From Octopus sinensis (lineage: Eukaryota), in NCBI RefSeq assembly GCF_006345805.1, contig NC_043005.1:36332001-36396000 (forward strand): a stretch of DNA of 64,000 nt. The letters are read 5' to 3'. Under the pieces are notes generated by a model. The model was not told the DNA's origin. It worked only from the letters and a program-made list of their open reading frames with translations, and did not search any database. Shown here piece by piece: positions 51,916-64,000 of the stretch; position 1 is the stretch's first letter, and each line of letters starts with the position of its first letter. Both the position numbers and the translations under genes were made by a program.

Positions 51916-52307
51916 TGTAGTGAAAATGGTACTCCCTTTCCTACGTGACAAAGTGGTGCGATCCAGCCACTTTAAAATCAGACAGTCAGTCGTTGTAGGA
52001 GGTTAGAAGTAGAGGAGTTGTTCGAGTTCTCAGTTGGAGTCAGTGTCAATTATGTGATATATACGAGTTCGAGTTACTGTCGAAAGAGACGTTTAAACGT
52101 CATTGTCTTGTGGTGCCGTCAGCGATTGCACGATAGACGAGATAATAAGACGCGGAATAATAGTGGCGACAAGAATATTACAGTGCCGACAATAACATAC
52201 AAATAGACGAGGGTCCACATTATAGCAGTTATTTATTTCCTGTTATTTCTTTTCATGCTTTAGGCTAACCAACTGTTTCTACCACGACCATATTGGCTCT
52301 CACTACT
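51916..52307 (+). mobile_element. Probable 3' LTR of the Gypsy element
   Basis: Polypurine tract aaggggaga directly before TGTAGTG; inverted end CACTAC at 52301-52306 (last base T rather than A). Confidence 0.6.
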
Positions 52308-52389
52308 TTACCATATATATGTATCTCTCTGTATGTCTCTCTGTTGTCTGTCTGTCTACCTCTCTCTTCCTATATGTATGTATGCGCGT

Positions 52390-52442
<53 letters not shown>

Positions 52443-52829
52443 TGCGTGTGTGTTTGCGTGAATAAGTATAAGATAAAAGCAGAGATAGCAAATAACGATG
52501 ATAGGAAATTGAATCAAAAAGACTGAAAATTGGGGAAAATCTCAGAAGAAACAATAGAATAATAGAATTAAAACAGAACAGGAATAGAATAAAATTAGGT
52601 TCTTTAATGAGAAAAATAAAAAAATAAGATGACTGAATGAAAAGAGTGTGGGAAGTATTTTCACGGTAACTCGATCTGCTAGAGACAGAAAACAAATTCT
52701 TCTTAAATCACGTCATTTTGGCATGAAACATGAAATCACAATGAAGATTTGAATATTTAAACAAAAAGAGCACTCGAATGTTTTTGTTGTAGGTTTTGTC
52801 CACGACAGATGAACTAGGGTTAAACAGCA

Positions 52830-53200
52830 ATGATCCTTTCTACTAAAAGCAGAAGACCAGTCGATCATATGGACCCCGGTGTTTCACTGGTACTTAATTT
52901 CTCGACACCGAAGGAATAAAAGGCAAAGTTGACCTCAGTGGAATTTGAACTCAGAACGAAATTCCGGCTTGCTAACGATTCTGCCAACAATGATAATAAC
53001 ACTCCATTCCACTACAGGCAAAAGTCCTGAAATTTTGGATGGAGCTAGACGACTACATCAATCCCTTTGTTCAGTTAGTACTTGTTTTATCGACACCTAA
53101 ATGATGAAAGACAAAGGTGACTTCAGCGGGATTTGAACTGAGAACATAAACTGGAAAATGTGCCGCGAAGCATTTTGTCGGGAGTGTTAACGATTCTGAG
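52830..53200 (-). mobile_element. Two diverged S2 SINE copies
   Basis: ggcaaagttgacctcagtggaatttgaactcagaacg...aacgattctgcc repeated. Confidence 0.7.
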
Positions 53201-53930
53201 ACAGATTTAAATGACTGAGTTGGTTGTGAAGAATTTAAAGGATCTAAGGTGGGGAAATTAAATAAAAAGAAAACAATAACGAAGCGGTGATAGATGGTGA
53301 GAAAGAATAGTAGAAATACGAAAACACCGTAATAGATGAGGGGAGAAGCTGGAGAAAGAGACAGAGAGGAAGAAAGCAAATGTACGAGTATATTGTGGTG
53401 AATAACTCTGGGGAATACGGAATAGAAAGAAAGAGAAAAGTGAATGGAAAAAAAAAGATAAGTGATTAAGAAAGAACGGTGAAAATGAATACAAATGAAA
53501 GAAGGAAGAATGAAAATTGACAATATGATGAAAGAATGGAAGAAAGCAGACGATGTGACGAAAGATGGAGCGGAGTAACATATAAACGAAGGTGAGACTG
53601 ATAGAGATAATTGAGAGAGGCAAGATATTGTGATTAGGAAAGGAAAGAGACGGAGAAAAAAAACAAAAGAGCAAGAAAATAAGTAAAAGAAGAAACGAAG
53701 GAAGAAGAGAAAATAGAAGGAAGAAGTAATGTAAGGGAGAGAGAAGAAGATAAAAACAATAGGGAGGAATATTAGGTAAGAAAACCGATGGAAAGAAGCA
53801 TGCTACATATGGGTGTGTGAGCACATGTACACGCACACATGTAAATTGTGTGTTTATGTGTGTGTGTGTGTGCATGCGTGAATATTTGTGCTTGGATTGT
53901 GTATATATATATATATATGTGTGTGTGCTT

Positions 53931-53971
<41 letters not shown>

Positions 53972-54176
53972 TATGTGCGTTTGTGTGTGTGTGTGTGTGT
54001 GAAAATTATTAGTTACACTAGTGCATGAAAGACATTCACTCGATAAACAGCAGAGGCCCGAAAAAAAATCAGTTCTCAATTCACCTTTATAACAATCTCT
54101 GGTAATAGGATACTATATAAGTATATCTTATGTAAGTACGGAGTCATCCTTCACCGTATATACATGCATACGGTAA

Positions 54177-54180
54177 AGTA

Positions 54181-54246
<66 letters not shown>

Positions 54247-54287
54247 CATCTATCTATCTATCTATCTATCTATATATCTATATATAT

Positions 54288-54359
<72 letters not shown>

Positions 54360-54470
54360 ACATATATATATACATATACATATATTATATACATACATAT
54401 ATATATACATATATTATATTATATATATATTATATATTATATATATTATATATATATATATATATGTAAA
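54177..54470. repeat. (TATC)n(TA)n array
   Basis: Direct reading. Confidence 0.95.
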
Positions 54471-55075
54471 TCACCTGGCACGCAAATACACATAATCTTA
54501 ATGAAGATTGCGTATATTTGTGGTAATAGTACAAGCTTTGCCAACACTGCGGTTAAAACCTCTACTGAAATAATAAGTGCATATTACCTAAACTCGAACA
54601 TAAATAATGTGTGTGTATGTGTGTGTGTGTTGTGTGTATGATTGATGTTCACGTGTGTGCAATTTCCGTATGCGCGCGCGTGTGTCAGTGAATGTATGCA
54701 TACACACACTTACATATGCATTAATTTGCATATATATTAACATTTGCACATTTATATATGATTTTAGACCACTATGTATGTGCTAGTGTATACGCGTGAA
54801 TGTATGCATACTTATAAGTGCTTATAGGTATGTATATATGTATAACTTACGTGTGTGCATATAGACGCATACACATATATACACACAAATTCACATACAT
54901 GTATTCATACGTTAGTCTGTGTGCATATGTGAGTGCAAATATATAAGCATGCTTATGCGGATGCTTATATATATATGCGCATCCGCATACAGGTGCGTAT
55001 ATGTACCCATGCACGTACGGATGCATACATTGACGCAGACATGAGTGATGTATAAATCTACGCAGGCATGCTTGC

Positions 55076-55108
<33 letters not shown>

Positions 55109-55138
55109 TATACACACATATATATACATATATATATA

Positions 55139-55238
55139 NNNNNNNNNNNNNNNNNNNNNNNNNNNNNNNNNNNNNNNNNNNNNNNNNNNNNNNNNNNNNN
55201 NNNNNNNNNNNNNNNNNNNNNNNNNNNNNNNNNNNNNN
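55139..55238. other. Assembly gap of 100 N, flanked by (TA)n
   Basis: Direct reading. Confidence 0.99.
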
Positions 55239-55447
55239 ATATATGTATATTATATATATATATATTATATATATTATTATATTATATATATATATTATAT
55301 ATATTATATATATATATATATATACACACACACTCGGCGGGCTTTCAGTCTCTGCCTATCAAATCTACTCACAATACAGAAGTTATAGACACTAGCAGAA
55401 GGTTCACGCAGTGGAACTGAACCTGGGACCATGTAGCTAGTAATAAG

Positions 55448-55500
<53 letters not shown>

Positions 55501-55590
55501 GTTAATCCAAACAAGAAAGCACAAAAATACACAACAACGCGAGGACGTGGAACAAATATAGTATTATTGGACGCTCAGGAAAGAAGGAGA

Positions 55591-55625
55591 GTTTAACGTT
55601 TCGAGCGGAGCTTTTCGTCGGAAAC
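55591..55625 (-). ncRNA. Minimal hammerhead variant
   Basis: gttt-CCGACGA-aaagctccgctc-GAAACGTT-aaac; U4 to C; same flanking context (gctcaggaa) as 3016-3053. Confidence 0.45.
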
Positions 55626-55732
55626 ATAGGAAAGATCCAGAGAAGGGAAGACAGAGGAAAAAAATCGCCAACGGTACAGACGCGGTCACATTTTGAATGA
55701 TATATGTGTATATATATATATATATACATATA

Positions 55733-56783
55733 TCAAGTCATTAAGAATGAAATGATCGATTTTGAACTGAAAGTTTATTTTACTTTATCGCAATAAAAAG
55801 CAATGCAGTTAATCAAAGTATGGACCTATATTATTAATACAATTTTGCCATTTTATTGGTAGCTTATTTATGCCGGGAGCGAAGATTTCTGGAGAGCAAG
55901 AGGTGATGAAATCACGGAAGGCTATTTTTGTATCTTCTTTATATTTGAAGGCTTTTTTTTTTTTGCAAAAAGTTGTCTAATGCCTGGAAAACATGATAGT
56001 CAGTTGGTGCAAGGTCTGTTGAATATGGCGGATGACAGAGTATTGCCAAGTTCAGTTCCTGTAACTTGAGTAGCCTTCTTTGTGCAACATGTAGTCGAGC
56101 ATTGCCTCGCACGAGAATTGGCCTGTCTCTATTGACCAATGTCGGTTGTTTTGGCACTACGTCTCTGTCCAACCACCGTGCATAATCCTTGCTATTGTTG
56201 AAAAGAATCCATTTTTTATCACATGTAACAATACGATGCAAAACTGGTTCGCTTTTATGCCGTGACAACAAAAAACAGCATATTTCAAGACGACGTGTCA
56301 TTTAGTGCTCGTTCATTTAGTATGGTACCCACTTGTCCAGCTTCTTTACCTTGCCGATATGTTTCGGATGATCTAATACAGTTGGAGTCGAAACACCAAA
56401 CCTTGCTGCTAACTCACGCATAGTTTGACGTGTATCCGCTTCCACTACAGTTTCCAGCTCATCATTATGCACCTTGCTCTTAGGTCTACCACGGTGCTGG
56501 TTTTCAAGAGTAAAGTCACCAGACCGGAACTTCTCAAATCATCGACGTACAGTGCGCTCATTCGCCAACGCGAAATTTTTTTCTATCCATGGGTCACAGA
56601 AATTGATTTACAAGAGAAAACTTACAATATAATCAGAATCAAACACCACGAGTTTCATTTCGAAAAGTGATGATGTAACTCTTCAATGGTGTAAAACAAA
56701 GAATTGTCAGGATAAAACATTAGAGTTAAAGACTGTCAAACTTGGTGCATAAGAAAATCGGACATTTCATTCTTAATGACCAG

Positions 56784-56784
<1 letters not shown>
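55733..56784 (-). mobile_element. Mariner transposon, internally deleted
   Basis: TIRs tcaagtcattaagaatgaaatgatcgattt / aaatcggacatttcattcttaatgaccaga with TA both sides; IVTCDKKWILF and HPPYSTDLAPTDYHVFQAL (ORF 55939-56301). Confidence 0.9.
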
Positions 56785-56814
<30 letters not shown>

Positions 56815-57277
56815 TGTATGTATGTATGTATGTATGTATGTATGTATGTATGTGCGTATGTATGAATGTATGTCTGTAAATGTGTGCGTATGCGCGTGTG
56901 TGTTGTGTGTAATAAATAACAAGCAAGTGGGTATTCTATTATTTCTATAATTGTTTTATTAGGAGTCTCTATTGTAACATTAGCTTAATAATATTAGTTG
57001 GATTGCGTAAACATTTACGTAACTCCCAACTCGCCAGGGCCACCGAATACACATCTGAGCAGCAACTTGTTGATTGACCAGTAGATCATCAACAATTGGA
57101 ATTTCCAACCAGAAATACTATCATTTAAGACGTTTACCGGCAAAATTCTTTCGGAACACTGTTGACGTGTTTAATTAAGTGAATAAACAACTAACGCTGA
57201 AGGAAAAGTTCTTAATTTGTCCATCGCCTTTTAAATCTTACGGTACTGCAGGGCATACCCAGCATACGATATCTGAG

Positions 57278-58206
57278 GTTAGTTAGTTAGTTAGTTAGTT
57301 AGTTAATTTGGCTCAAAAGCAAATAGCAAGGCCATGTAGGGGGACATGGAGTTAGGTACAGGGTGGTGTTCATGTAAAGAGTTCAGGCCACTTGAGGTCA
57401 AGGGAGGCTTTGAACAAAGCGGTCGTCGGCATCTTCACCATCTCGTCTGGCAGCTTGTTCCACGGATCCGCAACCCGGACGGAGAAAGCTCCTCTCCTTC
57501 GATTGAGATGAAATCGTCGCAGGTAGAGCTTTTCGAAATGACCCCGCAGCCGACGCTCTGAGCAGGAGTGAAGAACAGCTCTTTCGAGAGGTTACACTTT
57601 CCGCTTATGATGTTGTAGGCGAGAATGAAATCACCACGGCGGCGCGTTTTTCAAGAGAATAAGGTCGAGCGTCCTCAGCCTTTCTTCGTAGGACAAATTT
57701 TTGAGACCATGAACCATGCGGATAGCCAGCTTTGGACTCTTCGAGATGCTGTATGTCTTTGAGGAGATAAGGAGAAGAGGCTTGAATCCCATACTCCAAT
57801 ATGGGTCTCACCAGCGTGACATAGAGTGGTAGGAATATGGCTGCTGTGAGCATTCCGAATGACCGTCAAATCAAGAACAGAATTCCGCGTGCTTTGTTGG
57901 CAGCATGGACGCACTGGGCCGAAGGCGAAAAAGAGGAATCCACCAAGATACCTAGGTCCTTTACCTGATCGGTCCTCTCCAGCAGCAGACGACCCGGCTC
58001 GAAATCAAGTTGAGTTGCAGGAGTAGAGCCGACAGGCAGATGACAGCACTTTGACACGTTCAGACACAGGTCCCAATTGTTAGACCACTTCCAAATTTGG
58101 TGGAGGCATCGACGAAGATCCTCTATATTACCGCGAGGAGCGACCAGTTTGATATCGTCGGCAAATAGAAGGGTGTGTTGCGTGAGGTCGTCGGGCAAGT
58201 CGTATT
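57278..58206 (-). mobile_element. CR1-type LINE, 5'-truncated, (TAAC)n tail
   Basis: LPDDL...LLFADDIKL...VKDLGILVDSSF...ANKARGIL; LYVTLVRPILEYGIQASSPY; tail at 57278-57305. Confidence 0.88.
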
Positions 58207-58231
58207 AAAACTCTTGCATATTTAGAATATA

Positions 58232-58500
58232 TGGGACGCATGACCTAGTGGTTAGGGTATTGCACTCATAGTCGAGAGATTATGGTTTCAATTCAATTCC
58301 CAAACCGAGTGGTGCGGTATATTCTTGAGCAAAGCACTCCATCGCACGTTGTTTTGCGATCACTTCAACAACTAACGCGTGGTATCTCGAGCACCTATTC
58401 GAACAACGGCGATTTGTTGGGAGGAGTACGCTCATGTACAGCAAATGCGTTTGATCACTATAAACAAAATTATTTGTGGAGGTCGTTCAGCAAAACGACT
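58232..58500 (+). mobile_element. tRNA-derived SINE with S3-like head, diverged
   Basis: gggacgcatgacctagtggttagggt...cttgagcaaagcact resembles the head of 20344-20667. Confidence 0.6.
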
Positions 58501-58764
58501 GAACACAACTTGTTTATTAATCTGTAGATCATCAACAATTGAAATTTCCAATCAGAAATACTATCATTTAAGATATTTACCAGTAAACTGTGAACTATAA
58601 AATATTTTTGTTTTTTCAGCTTATGGAACTTCGACATGGGAAAAATTTACAACTGTCTACGCCAATAAACCACTATTGCTCCTGAAGTTGTATTTTATAC
58701 CTTCTACGGACTGCTCGAAGCTTACTAATTTCCTACACGTTGATACCTATACACACCCATGCAT

Positions 58765-58824
<60 letters not shown>

Positions 58825-58875
58825 ATATACATATATACATATATATACACACATGCGACACACACACACACACAC

Positions 58876-58915
<40 letters not shown>

Positions 58916-58917
58916 GA

Positions 58918-59425
58918 TACAGGGTGCAAGATATATATTGTCATCTGAATTACGCAAAAATGAAAATAACACTGAAATCTCATTTTAACATATATTTACC
59001 AAAAATATACATAAAAAATTACCTTAAAATATTTTGAAGTACTATAGAGTAAATTTATACAATAAAATCGCCATTGGCCTCAACCACGTTCTCCAGACGA
59101 CTTCAGAATTTCCTGCAACTCTTCTGGGCGGTCTCCATGTTTAAGTTGGTGAATGCTGCCATAATCCTTGCCTTCAGTTCATCCTTGGTGTTACAAGGAA
59201 TTTTTTTGGTCTCACGCTTAACTGCACCCCACAGATAATAAACAAAGTGATTTCAGTCTAGGGAGTTAGGTGGCCAGATGTTAGGGGTGATTTGCTCACA
59301 GAAATTGTATGACAGCCCTGACTGCGTTCTTTTGCATGTGTGGCATGGTGCAGAGTCCTGTTGCCAGACATAGAGTCTTCCAACGGCCACCCTTTTGATC
59401 CAGGTAAGCACTACCTCCTGCAGGG
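58918..59425 (-). mobile_element. DD37D (maT)-type transposon 3' fragment
   Basis: WQQDSAPCHT...IWPPNSLD*NHFVYYLWG with 37 residues between the second D and the third-D position; end tacagggtg. Confidence 0.75.
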
Positions 59426-60364
59426 ACTATGAACTTTTAATGCTTCTTTCGTCTTCTCTCTTTCCATCTCCTTATTCTTTTACGCCCTTCCTCTATGTCG
59501 TCATCTTATCAATATATACCATTCTCATTTTCGCTATTTTTCCCTCTATTTGTCTCTGATGATAGAATATCCGATATTCGGAGATATCCCAGAAACAGGT
59601 GTAACATTCTGAATTTCTTCCTATAGTAATATTATATACAACTTGAGATGGTTGCCTTGCCTTAATGTTTGCTGTCCTGTTTAATTATATATAAAATTAT
59701 ATATAAAACAATTATATATAAAACACCTTTTATCATTTAATTGAATTTTTTCATCGTTGAATTGATAAAAGGTGTTTATTTCTAATTTATATATATATAC
59801 ATGCATACATACATAATATATATATATATACATATGTCGTTCTACTACTTTCACGTTTAAAACCATTTAAGTTAATAGTAGAACCTGGAATCTCTCGCCT
59901 GTGTCTTCACCGAACTAGATCCACAGGTAACCGAATCTCTTATGCTACTCACCAATAGCTTCTCGTGTTAGAAATAATATTAGGTGAAAGCAATGTTTTT
60001 ATACTGGTCATCAATAAAGCTTTTGTCCGTGTCTGATATACAGAAATGCATGAAGACTGTCTCTGATCTCTTGAATCTTAGTTTCATCTGACGGTACTCT
60101 CCCAGCATCACTCGACGGAGCTTTTATGTTCATCTCTCAATCAATTTTGGTGTTTCTAAGATTCTGTTTGTCTCCGCCGCTCCGTTCCTGCTATACACCA
60201 ATGTCCTAAATGCCACCACGATATACAGCCCTCACACGACACGGTCCTTCGTTTCTATCGTACCGCATAGACTCCGTACTTTACTCGCCAACCCTGCATA
60301 GATTCCATTAACGGAGACATTAAGAGAATCCTTCACTTGAGCCATGCGAACTTTGCTTCATTTA

Positions 60365-60579
60365 ACAAAAGCTAGTATCTGCAAACACGTGGTTTCGGGT
60401 TCATTTTACAGTGCATCACTTTAGGCAAGTATCTTCTATTATAGTCCCAGGCCGATCAAAACCTTGTAAGTGAATTTGGTAGACAGAAAACCCATTGTGT
60501 GTGCGTGTGTGTGCGCGCGCGTCCGTGTGTGTGCGCGCGCGTCCGTGTGTGTATTATAAGTTTATATATATATATATAT

Positions 60580-60630
<51 letters not shown>

Positions 60631-60658
60631 ATGTTATACATATATATATACATATGTA

Positions 60659-60689
<31 letters not shown>

Positions 60690-60735
60690 GCATGTATGTA
60701 TGTATGTGCATGTATTATAAGTATATATATAAGTA

Positions 60736-60774
<39 letters not shown>

Positions 60775-61060
60775 ATGTGTGTGTGTGTGTGTGTGTTGTG
60801 TGTGTGTTTGTGTGTATGCATATACATATACAGCCTCAGTGTTTGTCCCATCACTACTACGGCTTGACAACCACAACTGACGATCGTTTATTTATGTCCC
60901 GTAATTTACCAGTTCGGCAAGAGACTGATAGAATAAGTACCAGCCTTCAAAAAATTATATTGGGACCAATCTTGTCAAGTAAAACTCTTCAGAGTGACGA
61001 TCCAGCATGTCCACAGTCAAATGACTGAAAAACTAGTTATAGATAAAAAGATAAGCACTA
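60365..61060 (+). mobile_element. Diverged S1 SINE with about 350 bp internal microsatellite
   Basis: ggtttcgggttc...aggcaagtatcttct...ttggtagacagaaa, then microsatellite, then gtttgtccc...gatagaataagtacc...gtcaaatgactgaaa. Confidence 0.7.
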
Positions 61061-61299
61061 TTAAGATAAAAATAGCACCGCTCACCCTTTTTAAACTTCA
61101 ACGGCATTTGGTCAGAGCCCTTACATTGGCTCTAAATACTGGGCTCCAATTTTACCGAAAAAATCTTACGCTGGCAAAAACACATCTATATTATAACTAG
61201 GTTCAGCCCTTCCGCCCCAAAATATTTCAGATACTGTTAATTTACAACGCTCAGTCAGTACGCGGGTTCAATTATCCCAAGTTCTGCGCAATGTTTTGA

Positions 61300-61520
61300 A
61301 GGCAGTGAGCTGGCAGAACGGTTACAGCGACAGGCAAAATGCTTAGCGGCATTTCGTCCGTCTTTATGTTCTAAGATTAAATTCCGCCGATGTCGACTTT
61401 ACCTTTTATCTTTTCGGGGTCGATAAATTAACTACCAGTGAAACACTTGGTTCGATGTAATCGACTTACCCGCGCTCCCCCAAAATTGCTGGCCTTGTGC
61501 CAAAATTTGAAGCCGATAGT
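61300..61520 (+). mobile_element. SINE S2 copy
   Basis: gaaggcagtgagctggcagaacg...ttttcggggtcgataaatt...aaattgctggccttgtgccaaaatttga. Confidence 0.85.
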
Positions 61521-61639
61521 TTACAAGGTTCAGGTGAGTACTACGCTCACATCAGCGATAGTGCTATCATTCAGTACATACACGCTCCGTACTTTATCTA
61601 CTGAAGGGTCACTCCACCAAATAGTGTTTAATCATTGAA

Positions 61640-61950
61640 GGTCCTGCTCCATCCTCTTCCCATCGGACCAGACTTCCTCTTCTCTTTCTCCTTTCTATCA
61701 CTTCCATTCTTCGGAGATGGCTACTCTCCCATCACCACTCCTACCATACGTGCATCCCGATCCATTCGACTGTCCGTTTACTAACACCTCGACCACATAT
61801 TAGCTACCAAAGCCAGTTCTTTCTCCGACTGGAGTATTCTCCGTGAACCTGTCTTTACTTCAGGCATTCAACTGCCACATTTCGTACGAAAAACCAGTGG
61901 TCTCATTCTTAACCGGTCTGAGAGACACAGCGTCATGGGCAATGCTGCTG
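61640..61950 (+). mobile_element. Degraded CR1/L2-like LINE 3' remnant
   Basis: LSPFYHFHSSEMATL resembles the motif at 9600-9880. Confidence 0.35.
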
Positions 61951-62147
61951 TCGTTTAGGCTCAATAAATAAATATATCTATGTGTGTGTATGTGTGTGTG
62001 CGTATGTGTGTACATGTATGTGTGCCTATGTCAGTGTGAGTATATATAATTGTATGTTTATATAGGTATGTGAGCACATCTATATATACATATATACGTG
62101 TATATATATAATGTGTGTGCATATATATATATGTATATGTAGATATA

Positions 62148-62199
<52 letters not shown>

Positions 62200-62836
62200 G
62201 ATGCGCGCGTGTATATACGCAGGAAGATGTGTGCTTGCTTATACATACATGCATACATACATACATACATACATGCATACATATATATATATATAAATTT
62301 AAGGGTGAAAAATTGAATATTAATTTAATTAACATCAATTTAACACCAGTGGTCTAGCATATTAAAATCTGATGGTTCAGTACAATTCAGTACAATACAA
62401 TTTATATATATTAGTATGTATGTTTGTTTGTATGTATGTATGTATGTATATATGTATGTATGTATGTATATAAATATATATATATATATACACATACACA
62501 CATGAAGAAATGTGTATACGTCTATGTATCTGTATTTCTTCGATGTAATGCGCGTGTATTCATTCACGTATACTTTTCTCTCTGTAGTGATGTTTCATAC
62601 TCTATCTCCTCCTCTTTCTTTCCCCCATCTCTCTCTCTCTACCTACCTATGTGTGTGTGTCTGTGTGCAACGTTGTGAATGAAGATATTCGATGCACATA
62701 TCTGATATCGTATAAATTTCTGACATACTCATGCAATATTTAAACACGCACTTGCACACACGTGCACGTCACACAGCGGGGAAAGCCTTTGCATAAGAAT
62801 TTCCTACTCAACGTATTCTGCAAATTAGTACTATAT

Positions 62837-62868
<32 letters not shown>

Positions 62869-62874
62869 TCTTTT

Positions 62875-63084
62875 ATTCTTTCAGTCATTTGACTGCGGCC
62901 ACGCTGGAGCACCGCCTTTAGTCGAGCAACTCGACCCCAGGACTTATTCTTTGTAGGCTTAGTACTTATTCTATCATCCTCTTTTTGCCGAACCGCTAAG
63001 TTACGGGGACGTAAACGCACCAGCATCGGTTGTCAAGCGATGTTGGAGGGACAAGCACAGACACACAAACATATACACACACAC

Positions 63085-63124
<40 letters not shown>

Positions 63125-63305
63125 GACGGGCTTCTTTCAGTTTCCGTCTACCAAATTCACTCACTAGGCTTTGGTCGGCCTGAGGCTATAGTAGAAGCCG
63201 CCCGATGCTATAGTAGAAGACACTTGCTCAAGGTGCCACGCAGTGGGACTGAACCCAGAACTATCTGTTTGGTAAGCAAGCTACTTACCACACAACCACG
63301 CCTGC
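62875..63305 (-). mobile_element. SINE S1, full length
   Basis: Matches 4682-5103; small internal duplication ctatagtagaag. Confidence 0.9.
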
Positions 63306-63325
63306 GCCTATACCTATATATTATA

Positions 63326-63399
<74 letters not shown>

Positions 63400-63485
63400 C
63401 TATCTTGCCTTTTCCATCTCCGAAAAGAAAAGCTCTACATTTGTAATTGTCCTCTCTGTGTCCAGCCTGTGTGCCAATAAAAAAG

Positions 63486-63553
<68 letters not shown>

Positions 63554-63558
63554 ATCTA

Positions 63559-63606
<48 letters not shown>

Positions 63607-63608
<2 letters not shown>

Positions 63609-63757
63609 TTTGCTGTGAGTTAAGTACACTTGCTTACCGACTACATAGTTCCAAGTTCAGTCCTCCTGCTTGGGAAGTGTCTTTTACTATAGCCTAAGAC
63701 TGACCAAAGCATTGTGAGTGAATTTAGTAGACGGAAACTGAAAGAAGCCCAGCGAAC

Positions 63758-63799
<42 letters not shown>

Positions 63800-64000
63800 G
63801 CGTCTATATTTGTACCACCAGCATCGTTTGCCAATCGATGTTAGTGTGTTTACGTCGCCGTAACATAGCGGTTCGACTAAAGCGACAGAGTATAATTACA
63901 GGGTTTACAAAGAACTGTGATCGACTTGTTCAACTAAAAGCCGGTGGTCCAGCATGACCGCGGTCAAATGAGTGAAACAAATAAAAGAATAAAAGAATAT
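63607..64000 (+). mobile_element. SINE S1, diverged
   Basis: gctgtgagttaagtacacttgc...gacggaaactgaaagaagccc...(TG)n...gtcaaatgagtgaaacaaataaaagaat. Confidence 0.8.

Noticed and set aside
57278-57305. (TTAG)n as a telomere-like repeat
   Set aside because: It is the 3' tail of the adjacent CR1-type LINE.
60050-60340. Possible RTE-like LINE remnant on the minus strand
   Set aside because: Only vague spacing similarity across frameshifts.

Overview
AT-rich, microsatellite-dense eukaryotic DNA with no recognisable host exon. The tRNA-derived SINE families look like those of Octopus (coleoid cephalopod), but this rests on recall, not a search. Most listed ORFs are microsatellite translations. Contents: (1) R4/Dong-clade non-LTR retrotransposons (RT, CCHC knuckle, PD-(D/E)xK nuclease) embedded in (TAA)n arrays, in two families, plus a non-coding repeat ('A element') found only in the same arrays and orientation; (2) at least three tRNA-headed SINE families; (3) several Tc1/mariner relics and MITEs; (4) two Helitron derivatives; (5) a Gypsy integrase with a probable LTR; (6) CR1-like LINE 3' ends; (7) a Penelope GIY-YIG relic; (8) a 100-N gap. 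Most interesting: a tRNA-headed SINE carrying a minimal type I hammerhead ribozyme motif, present as a head-to-head inverted pair at 47.5-47.9 kb, with other minimal hammerhead variants scattered in the window; the (TAA)n-targeted Dong plus A-element system; and a mosaic ~0.7 kb duplication flanking a Dong insertion at 34.6-38.9 kb. All comparisons were made by eye and coordinates may be off by a few bases.
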